Positions 1-8,559 of a DNA stretch of 22,631 nucleotides are shown piece by piece. This DNA is from an uncultured archaeon (GTDB taxonomy: Archaea > Asgardarchaeota > Lokiarchaeia > Sigyniarchaeales > SOKP01): NCBI GenBank assembly GCA_964632315.1, contig CAZWEM010000033.1, positions 1 to 22,631 on the forward strand, in the 5' to 3' direction. Below the pieces are notes generated by a model. The model ran no database searches and had not been told where the DNA came from. It worked only from the letters and a program-made list of their open reading frames with translations. Position numbers and translations under genes: made by a program. Position 1 is the stretch's first letter, and each line of letters starts with the position of its first letter.

Positions 1-1
1 T

Positions 2-634
2 TACACCAAAAATCGAACCCTTCTTAACAAGCTTCATGAACGACGAATTCAATCATCTCCCAAAATCACGGGTAAAGAAGCATTGCAGATTTCAATGGCA
101 AATAGTTCTATCCCGAAAGAACATGCTAACTCAGAGTTACAAAGGATTTTAGCCTATTTAGAAGAGAAGTCGGGTTTCGATGTCAAACTAAAAAAAAGAA
201 TCATGCTCGTTGGAAGTGTGGTGGATAATGTCGATTTCTTGGAGCTCATTGAAAATTCAGGCGCTTTCATCGGTTCAGATTTCATATGTTTTGGAACGCG
301 AAACTTTCACGATAACCCTGCTTATGACAATTCATTAAGCCCCCTCGAAAATATCGTAAAACGAGTATATTATCGGATTTCGTGTCCCAGAATGATGGAT
401 GATCATGACAACCGCTTAAATTTTTTGAAAGAAGAGATCGAAAGGGCAAAAATCGACGGTGTCATCCTCCAGAGAATTAATAACTGTGATTTGCATGGAT
501 GTGATAACATGCTTTTTACCCATGAACTAAAGGATCTTAACATTCCTGTTCTTAATATAGACCGAGAATCCTATCAAGCTGATACCACTAGATTACAAAC
601 TAGAATTGAAGCATTTATCGAAATGATCAAGTAA
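2..634 (+). CDS. 2-hydroxyacyl-CoA dehydratase / benzoyl-CoA reductase family subunit (HgdB/FldC/BcrC-like, beta-type), 5'-truncated by the window edge
   Basis: The frame is open from base 2 (YTKNRTLLNKLHERR...), so the TTG start at 83 is not the true start. Motifs RIMLVGS, DFICFGTR, SCPRM, IDGVI, CDLHG and TRLQTRIEAFIEM are typical of the HGD-D family C-terminal half. Confidence 0.85.
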   Translation, partial: YTKNRTLLNKLHERRIQSSPKITGKEALQISMANSSIPKEHANSELQRILAYLEEKSGFDVKLKKRIMLVGSVVDNVDFLELIENSGAFIGSDFICFGTRNFHDNPAYDNSLSPLENIVKRVYYRISCPRMMDDHDNRLNFLKEEIERAKIDGVILQRINNCDLHGCDNMLFTHELKDLNIPVLNIDRESYQADTTRLQTRIEAFIEMIK

Positions 635-649
635 TTGGTAAACCTAATT

Positions 650-1936
650 ATGAATTCTCAAAATTTAGAAAACAGAATAATTCCCTATAAAATGTTGTTA
701 AAATCTATTTCAACAACTCAGGAATTGGTTGAGAGGATATTACCAAATAATGGGATTCCTTCACTAAGAATTGGATTAAGGTATATAGGAAAGGTTCTTG
801 CTGGTCAAATAGAAAAAGCAAGAATTGGACTTCCCGTGGTAGGATATAATTTTGCTTTTCCAGCTGAATTTTTATCTTGTTTTGATTGTGTACCCGTTTG
901 CATTGAAGGTTCTTCTTACTTCCTCGGAGCGTTATTATTAGGGGGAGTCGAAAAGTATTATGATCTGATTGGGAACTGGGGACATCCTTTTCATACGTGT
1001 TCGAGCCAAAAGGGTGCAATGGGAATGACTCTTGATGATTTGTTTCGATTTGATGCAATTATTACTCCCACAAGTCCATGTGATAGCACGTGCGCTAGTT
1101 ATCCTTGGTGGAAGTATGAGAAAAAGGTACCCTTAATCATTGCAGATATGCCCTTCTCATTTGAGGAAAAAGGACTAAAATATTACGCTGATGAGATTAA
1201 GAATGCATTATTCAAATTAGGTAAAATTATTGGCCAAGTTCCTGATTTTGAAAAGTTAAAGATACATATTAATATAGAAAATGAAGTTTTAAGAAAAAAA
1301 CTTGAAATATTTGATCTAATCAAGGCAACACCTAGTCCGATTGAAAACATGTTTAATCCTGTATCTGCAGCTTTAACCATTTTTACATCTGGAACTGATG
1401 AAAATCTCTGCTATTATAAAGATATGTTAAAACTTGCTAAAAGACGATATCAAAATAAAGTTCATTATGGAGGTGAAGAGCAAGTTAGAAGTATTTGGCC
1501 CTACATGCTTACTTTCTTTGACATTTCTCTCTGTGAATGGTTAGATCGGAATTCAGGAATGAGCATTCTCATGGATATTTTCAACTATAACTTTTTTGAA
1601 GAGATTGACGTAAATTCTGAGTTGGACGAACTCTTTTTAGGGATGGCACGAAAAGCAATGAGTTTTCCAATGGTAAAACAATCTGCCGAATTTTATTATC
1701 CCTTCATAGATGACTGTATTCAAATGGCAAAAGATTATAGAGCTGATTGCTTTATTTATACTCAAAGTCTTGCATGTAAGCAATTTGGCTCAGGCCCTCA
1801 TATATTACGTGAAGCATTACTGGAGGAACTCGGAATCCCGATGTTGATAATTGAATTTGATGTTGGAGATGCTAGAATGACGTCTTTAAAAACATTTAAA
1901 GAAAAAATTTCGATATTTACTCAAACATTATTATAA
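650..1936 (+). CDS. 2-hydroxyacyl-CoA dehydratase family subunit (HgdA/FldB/BcrB-like, alpha-type), paralogue 1
   Basis: ATG at 650 preferred over TTG 635. Three spaced Cys motifs (HTCSSQKG, SPCD, ACKQ), FPAEFL...VCIE, and the C-terminal LGIPMLIIEFDVGDAR. Confidence 0.85.
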   Translation: MNSQNLENRIIPYKMLLKSISTTQELVERILPNNGIPSLRIGLRYIGKVLAGQIEKARIGLPVVGYNFAFPAEFLSCFDCVPVCIEGSSYFLGALLLGGVEKYYDLIGNWGHPFHTCSSQKGAMGMTLDDLFRFDAIITPTSPCDSTCASYPWWKYEKKVPLIIADMPFSFEEKGLKYYADEIKNALFKLGKIIGQVPDFEKLKIHINIENEVLRKKLEIFDLIKATPSPIENMFNPVSAALTIFTSGTDENLCYYKDMLKLAKRRYQNKVHYGGEEQVRSIWPYMLTFFDISLCEWLDRNSGMSILMDIFNYNFFEEIDVNSELDELFLGMARKAMSFPMVKQSAEFYYPFIDDCIQMAKDYRADCFIYTQSLACKQFGSGPHILREALLEELGIPMLIIEFDVGDARMTSLKTFKEKISIFTQTLL

Positions 1937-1948
1937 AAAGGGTAAAAA

Positions 1949-3232
1949 ATGAGTAAAAAACTGAAAAGTAGGATAATTCCTTATCAAATGTTATGCGAAG
2001 CTATAAATGGAACGCAGGAATTAATCGAGGAGATCTTACCAGATTATGGGATCCCCTCTCTAAGACTAGGATTAAAACATATAAGATCAGTTATGAATGA
2101 GTTCATTACCAGTTCAGAAGAGGGATTACCTATAATTGGACATCATTTCGCATTTCCTACTGAATTTCTTTATGCTTTCGATTGTGTTCCCGTGTGTATT
2201 GAAGCCACTTCATATTTATTATCTGCTCTGCTCCCCGACGGTTCAGAACCATATTATGATTTGATAACTCATTGGGGGCATCCCTTTCATACGTGTTCCT
2301 CTCAAAAAGGAACCATGGGAATGACATTAGATGATTTATTTCTGTTTGATGCTATCATCACTCCAACAGCTCCTTGTGATAACACGTATGCTTCTTATCC
2401 TTTTTTTCAGTATCACAAAAAAATCCCTGTTATCACGCCTGATTTACCTTTCTTGAAAGAAGAGAAAAGCTATCTTTATCTTGGGAATCAAATTAAACTA
2501 GGATTAGAGGAATTAGGTAAAGTAATCGGTCAAGAGCCTGACTATGAAAAGTTAAAAAAGGCAATCGAAATTGAAAATCAAGTCACTAAAACCCAATTAG
2601 AGATATTTGAACTGAAAAAAGCAACACCATGTCCAGTAGAAAATATGTTTAATGCTATGGCAGCAGCAGCAGCAATCTATTTATCTGGACGATCGGAAAA
2701 AATCAAATTTTATGATGAAATGTTAGAGATTGCGAAAAAAAGGTATAAGTCAAGAGAACATCATGCTGGAGAAGAGAAGATTAGGAGTATTTGGCCTTAT
2801 ATGATAATCTTTTTCGATTTATCTATCTGTGAGTGGTTGGATCGAGAAATTGGAATGAGCATTTTGTTTGATATCTTTAATTATAATTTTGCTGATCCCA
2901 TTAACATAAATTCAACAGTGGAGGATTTACTTTATGGGATGGGAAGAAAAACGATGGAAGCTCCAATGGTAAAACAATCCGCAGAATTTTATTATCCCTT
3001 CATTGATCAATGCGTGCAATTAGCGAAAGATTTTTCTGCTGATTGTTATGTATTTACATCTCATTTAGGGTGTAAACAATTCGGAAGCGTGCCACAAATT
3101 TTGAGAGAAGCATTACGAGATGAGGTTGGTATTCCCATGTTGCTCATAGATTTAGATGTAGGAGACAAACGAATGACCTCTGAGAAAATTATTAAAGATA
3201 AAATCAAGTTGTTTGCTCAGACTCTACTTTAA
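1949..3232 (+). CDS. 2-hydroxyacyl-CoA dehydratase family subunit (alpha-type), paralogue 2
   Basis: Colinear with the preceding protein: WGHPFHTCSSQKG, APCD, IRSIWPYM, PMVKQSAEFYYPFID, GCKQFGS and IPMLLIDLDVGDKR. Confidence 0.85.
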   Translation: MSKKLKSRIIPYQMLCEAINGTQELIEEILPDYGIPSLRLGLKHIRSVMNEFITSSEEGLPIIGHHFAFPTEFLYAFDCVPVCIEATSYLLSALLPDGSEPYYDLITHWGHPFHTCSSQKGTMGMTLDDLFLFDAIITPTAPCDNTYASYPFFQYHKKIPVITPDLPFLKEEKSYLYLGNQIKLGLEELGKVIGQEPDYEKLKKAIEIENQVTKTQLEIFELKKATPCPVENMFNAMAAAAAIYLSGRSEKIKFYDEMLEIAKKRYKSREHHAGEEKIRSIWPYMIIFFDLSICEWLDREIGMSILFDIFNYNFADPININSTVEDLLYGMGRKTMEAPMVKQSAEFYYPFIDQCVQLAKDFSADCYVFTSHLGCKQFGSVPQILREALRDEVGIPMLLIDLDVGDKRMTSEKIIKDKIKLFAQTLL

Positions 3233-3242
3233 AAAATGAGAA

Positions 3243-4676
3243 TTAGATGAGTCTCTCTCTTCTCCAATCAGGATTATCACTTGTTCTTAAGTACCATTTA
3301 AGCAAAAGCTCTTTTAATTCTCCAATGACTTGTAAATGATTTTTATTATCTATGAGATTTTCTAACTCTTTAGGATCGTTTATTAGATCATATAATTCGT
3401 CCATTTCATGATCTCTAAAAATTAATTTCCATTTATTATTTCTTATCATTACAGATCTAGAAACAGTTGTTTGATCATCCTTAGGGATATTGGTTTTATC
3501 ATAATATATTCCAAAACCAATTGCATCAGGATCATTAAATACAATCTCAAAACATTGAGGCTCTCTTGGGTTATATCCCCCTTCAGAAAAAACCTCGTTT
3601 CGATGAAAATTAGTATCACCATTTATTAGTGGAAATAAACTTTTTCCAAAATGAGTATACCTTGTATCAACTTCTGCAAGCTCTAATAATGTTGGAAAGA
3701 TGTCGATGTTTTCAATGAGTTGATTATTTATAAGATTTTTTACCCTAGCACCAGGTAATTTAATTATCAATGGAATTCTCACGAGTGAGTCTTGAAATGC
3801 ATTTGGCCATTTTTCTGTTAATCCATGATCTCCAGTAAAATCACCATGATCCGAAAAGAAAAAAATAGCACTATTATCATATTCGTTAATTTCATTTAAT
3901 TTATCGATCACTTCGCCTAACTGATGATCTACCTTAGAGACCATTCCATAATAGGTTGCAATGATTTCTTGATAATCTTCTTTCTCCAAACGATTTAAAC
4001 CATATCTTTTATACATTAATTCCATAAATTTTGGCTTATTATGAAAATTAGGGGGAATAGGAGTTGGCACTCTATTTCTATCATACATGGAGAAAAAAGG
4101 TTCTTCTACGGTATAGGGAGGGTGTGGAAAGGATAGTCCTATGAATAAGCAGAATGGACGATTAGGAGATGAATCTAAATAATTAATTGCCTTTTTAATA
4201 ACATTAAAATCTGTATCTTTGGCTTCTTTTTCAGTTCTCTCCCCATAATAAAATGATTTTCTGAGACGATGTCCCTTCGGATAGGGGTTTTTTTTCCATT
4301 CGGATGGAAATCTTACAGTAATTCTTCGAGTTACACTTGATTTAAATGATTCCTTCGAGAATACATCATTTCTCCCGATATATATTACTTCATAACCTTT
4401 TTCTTTAAGAAATTTAAACAGATTTTCTTCATGAGGTTGCAGTAATTGATACAGGCTTCTGTGACCATTAGAATGTGGATATTGTCCAGTGAAGACCCCA
4501 ATTCTTGATGGAACACAAACTGGATTTACAGTGAAACAATTCGTGAAAGCTATTCCATCTTTCGCAAGTCTATCCATATTAGGAGTTTTTATAACGTCAT
4601 TCAATTTCCCTCCCAATGAAATGCAATCTCCACGCATCTCATCAGCAGTAAAAATTATAATATTTGGTTGTTTCAT
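3243..4676 (-). CDS. Cys-type sulfatase family hydrolase (alkaline phosphatase superfamily)
   Basis: PNIIIFTADE, TPNMDRLA, formylglycine motif CVPSR...TGQYP, FPHPPY, SDHGD, RIPLIIK and ELYDL..DPKEL.NL. No signal peptide is evident. Confidence 0.92.
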   Translation of the reverse strand: MKQPNIIIFTADEMRGDCISLGGKLNDVIKTPNMDRLAKDGIAFTNCFTVNPVCVPSRIGVFTGQYPHSNGHRSLYQLLQPHEENLFKFLKEKGYEVIYIGRNDVFSKESFKSSVTRRITVRFPSEWKKNPYPKGHRLRKSFYYGERTEKEAKDTDFNVIKKAINYLDSSPNRPFCLFIGLSFPHPPYTVEEPFFSMYDRNRVPTPIPPNFHNKPKFMELMYKRYGLNRLEKEDYQEIIATYYGMVSKVDHQLGEVIDKLNEINEYDNSAIFFFSDHGDFTGDHGLTEKWPNAFQDSLVRIPLIIKLPGARVKNLINNQLIENIDIFPTLLELAEVDTRYTHFGKSLFPLINGDTNFHRNEVFSEGGYNPREPQCFEIVFNDPDAIGFGIYYDKTNIPKDDQTTVSRSVMIRNNKWKLIFRDHEMDELYDLINDPKELENLIDNKNHLQVIGELKELLLKWYLRTSDNPDWRRERLI

Positions 4677-4700
4677 AATTTTCTCTTGAATTTATTGAAA

Positions 4701-7406
4701 TTAATTTAAATTAATTTTCCAAGTAAGTGGATTTTCTCCACCTCCTCTTCCATAGAAAAAGATTGAATCCCCGATTATCTCGAATTTTGTTGATTGATTA
4801 TTTACAATTATTTCTTTTATTTTTTCTAGTATATTGGACTCAAATTTATAAGTAATTTTGTATAATCCTTCAAATTGAGGATTATAACTGCCCTTGTATT
4901 GAGATTGGTTTTTTTCAAACGAGATAAGAGGTGATTGTATTCTATATTCTTTTTCAGGAAACCTTGGTTCGAACTCTAAGCCTTCGATTGTGAATTTTAA
5001 TCCTATGAGATGAAATATGTTATATAATGGCCAAGCGTGAGAATGTAAATTTAAGATTGGAAAATCAGTCCAGTTAATTCCGATTGAAAATAATCCCTCA
5101 TCTTTATTCTCATTTTTATCATCAAGGGAATATTGATTGAACAAAGTGTGTCCAGGATATTCAGAATATATTGAGTTCCATGTATCTGGACCACTCCATA
5201 TGCCATACCAAACATTTGGATATTGTTCAGCTTTATTAGCAAGGAGATTTTTCTTCCATTCTTCAAATGCAAGATTTCCATCCACAGTCGAAAGCGCCCA
5301 AATTAAGGTTCCATTAATTGACGGCCAAATTCCTGCATTAGTTGCCATTCCCTTAGACTCAGTATTACTCTGAACAGGGTCACTTAATATAATTGCACCA
5401 ATAGGGGAAGGTTCTCGAACAAGTTTGTTAATGTTTTCAATTAATCCTCCTTTCTTAATATCATCAACTATTCCTGATATTATTGCCCAAGGTTGTGGTT
5501 CTAACCATAAAATATCATTACCTACCCATCCTAAATCTTCGGAAAGCCAAGCTCGGCTAAACCAATTGCCATTGAATTGTTCTTGCATGGGTTTTATGAG
5601 GCTATCTCTAAATTTCGAAACCAATTCTAATTTATCAGTAAGTTTTGTAAATGAAAGCATTTCAATGAATCTTGAGAATACGTGAATTGCCATCCCGGTA
5701 TTTAGACAACTCTCACCTATTTTTTTTACTTCATTTTGTTTATCCTCAGGAACGAATCCAGAGATGACCATATCGTTCCAATCGCAATCAGCGACTCTTA
5801 TTAAACCGTGTTTTCCTTTTCCAATTCTGTTAATAAAATAATCAATAGTGAGAAAAATTAAATCTTTAACAGTTGATTTTTTTGAACTCGTGCGATGAAT
5901 AGGATATGTCGTTAATTCCTCATGTAAAAACTTTACATCTCTTGAGGATAAGATGTATTCACTTAATAACCATAAAACCCATAATTGTAAATCACTCGGA
6001 TTCCATAACGAAGGCATTATCATTCCATTTCCAGTGATACCATATGGAATACTTCCATCTTTTTGCATTTCTTTTAGTGTATAACGAATAATTTCCTTAA
6101 CAAATTTAGGTTCAATAAATAAAAATGGAAGTACATGCTGAAGTGGATCTCTTGATGCTCCTTGAAAACCAATAATATATTGATATATATGACCTTGTGA
6201 AAGGATATGTTCTTTAAAGTAAGAATCAAAACTTGCTAAACCGCGAAGATAATAATAATGCCAAAAAGTTTCTCGATCTATCCATTGATTAGCATCAATC
6301 TTAAAATGGACACGTTTTTCCCTCCATCTTTCAAGAGATTGGGTTAGGTTTTCTTCAATATTAGTCGAATATTTTGATATTAATTCATTCAAGTCATAAC
6401 TTTCAGGTATGTATCCATATGCAAAAGTAAGCGTTTTCTTTTGTTCGGGAGCTAATTTTATTTTTCGCTCAAGAACTAAACAATTTTGGCTATCATTGAA
6501 ATCTGGAAAAAAGTTTAAACCGTTTCGTAAACCGTCCGGACTTTTTAATCCTCCTTTTCCAAAGAATACGTTGGGATCATTACAAAACCCATTTGCAGGC
6601 CCATCAAGGCTTACTAAAAATACAGGTGGAGGATTTTTATCCTCAAAATCAGGTTTATTCTTTAACTTTGTTCCTACACATCTTAAATTGAAATCAGTTT
6701 GCTTATCTCTAATTTTAGACTTTTCTTCGAATTTCATGTTGAATAACCCCTTATTTCCATCTAAAATTATCGTTTTGTTCTTAAATCTTTTTTCAAACTC
6801 CAATCTATATTCTTTAAGGGTTTCTGGTTTTTTACTTTGAATTGCTTTTAATAAGGCTTGAAGAGAAAATTGAAAATTAAAGCATCCCCAGTATTCAAAC
6901 CAAGTCGCTTCCTTCTCCTCAGAAGAATTATTAGTTATTGTAACTTGCGATACTAATAGTGGATCATCCCCAAATGGAGCAAAAATTATATGATTCACGT
7001 GATATTGATCGTCTGAAATTTCCTTTTGAAAATAACCTACCCCATATCTTCGTTTTAGGTTCTGATCAGCACTTAGATAATAGGTTGATAATTCTGAGAT
7101 ATTATCCTTTAAATATCCAAAACCCCCAGCATATTGGTTGAGTTTAGGCTCATAATAATTTAGATACTTCGGGCCACCTTCATCTTGCCGTACTTTTATA
7201 TACCCAAAATTAGAAGCCACACCCACAATCCTATCATTTCCAACTAAAAAATAATGATCTCTACTCGATCTCCATATCTCGTTCATCGGAGTTATAGCTT
7301 TCTCATCATTTATTTGATCACAAGTATATTCATAAACCGGAAAATTGAACTCGTCTTTTATCCATTTTCCAAAATATCCCGACCCATATTCTTTTATTGG
7401 AACCAT
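4701..7406 (-). CDS. GH94-like (alpha/alpha)6-barrel glycoside phosphorylase/hydrolase, divergent
   Basis: About 901 aa from ATG 7406. GASRDPLQH resembles GH94 G.RD..QD; DCDWNDM resembles the DWND catalytic motif; also GESCLN, WFSRAW, LWLEPQPWAIISG and NAGIW. The N-terminal region is beta-sandwich-like. Confidence 0.7.
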   Translation of the reverse strand: MVPIKEYGSGYFGKWIKDEFNFPVYEYTCDQINDEKAITPMNEIWRSSRDHYFLVGNDRIVGVASNFGYIKVRQDEGGPKYLNYYEPKLNQYAGGFGYLKDNISELSTYYLSADQNLKRRYGVGYFQKEISDDQYHVNHIIFAPFGDDPLLVSQVTITNNSSEEKEATWFEYWGCFNFQFSLQALLKAIQSKKPETLKEYRLEFEKRFKNKTIILDGNKGLFNMKFEEKSKIRDKQTDFNLRCVGTKLKNKPDFEDKNPPPVFLVSLDGPANGFCNDPNVFFGKGGLKSPDGLRNGLNFFPDFNDSQNCLVLERKIKLAPEQKKTLTFAYGYIPESYDLNELISKYSTNIEENLTQSLERWREKRVHFKIDANQWIDRETFWHYYYLRGLASFDSYFKEHILSQGHIYQYIIGFQGASRDPLQHVLPFLFIEPKFVKEIIRYTLKEMQKDGSIPYGITGNGMIMPSLWNPSDLQLWVLWLLSEYILSSRDVKFLHEELTTYPIHRTSSKKSTVKDLIFLTIDYFINRIGKGKHGLIRVADCDWNDMVISGFVPEDKQNEVKKIGESCLNTGMAIHVFSRFIEMLSFTKLTDKLELVSKFRDSLIKPMQEQFNGNWFSRAWLSEDLGWVGNDILWLEPQPWAIISGIVDDIKKGGLIENINKLVREPSPIGAIILSDPVQSNTESKGMATNAGIWPSINGTLIWALSTVDGNLAFEEWKKNLLANKAEQYPNVWYGIWSGPDTWNSIYSEYPGHTLFNQYSLDDKNENKDEGLFSIGINWTDFPILNLHSHAWPLYNIFHLIGLKFTIEGLEFEPRFPEKEYRIQSPLISFEKNQSQYKGSYNPQFEGLYKITYKFESNILEKIKEIIVNNQSTKFEIIGDSIFFYGRGGGENPLTWKINLN

Positions 7407-7572
7407 AATCACTTCTTTTATTATTAAATTAATTAATAGAAATATTATGTTAAAAACTAACTAATTTATTAATAACAATATGGAATTACACTACTTGATT
7501 GAAATAGTAATTGTTTAAACACTTATTTATAAATTAAGTTCAGATTCGTTTTTAAAATAAAAAGAAAAAAAA

Positions 7573-8339
7573 TTATTTTTTTGGTGGTACAATTTGTACA
7601 GAATCTTCAGCATGTATTCTTTTTCCATTAGTAAGATATGCTATGAGTGTTCCATCAGTGTCTCCTACTTGAAAACCCGCTTCCTGTGTTCTAAAATGCA
7701 GTATTAAGTCAATATCTTGATCATCATCTATATCTTCATAGGCCCAGTGTGCTGGTTGAGCCTCGACACCACTATGACCAAAAGTAATTGTTGATATGTC
7801 TACATCTTCTGGAACAAAAAAATTCTCATTGAAAAGTACCACGGGAATAACTCCTTTACTTTTAAGGTTGATTGAATTTTGAGAAGTCCCTGGTTTGATA
7901 TCAATTGGAGCGTCAAGAATAACAACATAAGCAATATCCTCCACCGATAATCCTCCATCATCTGTGACCCAGAAGTTAATTACACTTTGGTAAGGATCAT
8001 CCAGGTTCTAATTGGAGACACGCCATATAATGAAAACTGGTATATCCAAGGAGGACCACCTGTACCAATAAAATGCCAAACATAGTTGGTGATATGACCA
8101 TCGGGATCATAGGATCCTAATCCATCAAAGGTTACTTGACTACCCTCAAATTCTATATAAAAACCAAAAGGATAAGACTCTCCAGTGTTTGGATCGATTA
8201 CTATGAATGGACCATCAGCATCTGCAATTGGAGGCATTTTAGTTGGTTCTGCTATTACTATGGCACTAAGGAGATTTAAAGTAAATAAAAAGCAAGATCC
8301 AAGTAAAAATACTTTTAGCTTTAAGTTTTTTAATTTCAT
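7573..8339 (-). pseudogene. Secreted PKD-domain protein split by a 1-nt frameshift near 8001-8002 (or a sequencing error)
   Basis: Basic-then-hydrophobic N-terminal signal/TM segment, then PKD motifs PPIADADGP and VTFDGLGSYDPDGHITNYVWHF. The domain continues in another frame as DDPYQSVINFWVTDDGGLS into ORF 7573-7944 (IDIKPG...INLKSKGVIPV...EDIDDDQDIDLILHF). Confidence 0.8.
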
Positions 8340-8372
8340 GATGCGATTTCGCTCCCTGTTCGCATAAAATTG

Positions 8373-8388
8373 TGGTAATTAGTTACCA
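8373..8388. promoter_or_regulatory. Near-perfect palindrome TGGTAATTAGTTACCA, candidate transcription-factor operator
   Basis: TGGTAA/TTACCA arms in the divergent intergenic region. On the minus strand it lies about 22 nt downstream of a TATA-like TTTAAATA (8411-8418) and upstream of the PKD gene. Confidence 0.35.
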
Positions 8389-8559
8389 GTTGACAAATAA
8401 GTAAAAAAATTATTTAAATATTTCACTCCACTAATGAATAGGAACTGATTGAAGTGATTTAAAATACATCCACTTTTCTAAATGAAATTCTATTCAAAAT
8501 ATCTTTTAAGAAATGTGAGATTTATCTATTAAATAACTGCATTATTTTGAACGATACAA

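Noticed and set aside
705-1380. Antisense ORFs 705-1058 and 1183-1380
   Set aside because: Shadows of a well-supported dehydratase gene, with no motifs.
4489-7141. Short ORFs overlapping sulfatase 1 and the GH94-like gene (4489, 5051, 5137, 5425, 6409, 6959)
   Set aside because: Antisense or alternate-frame shadows with no recognisable features.
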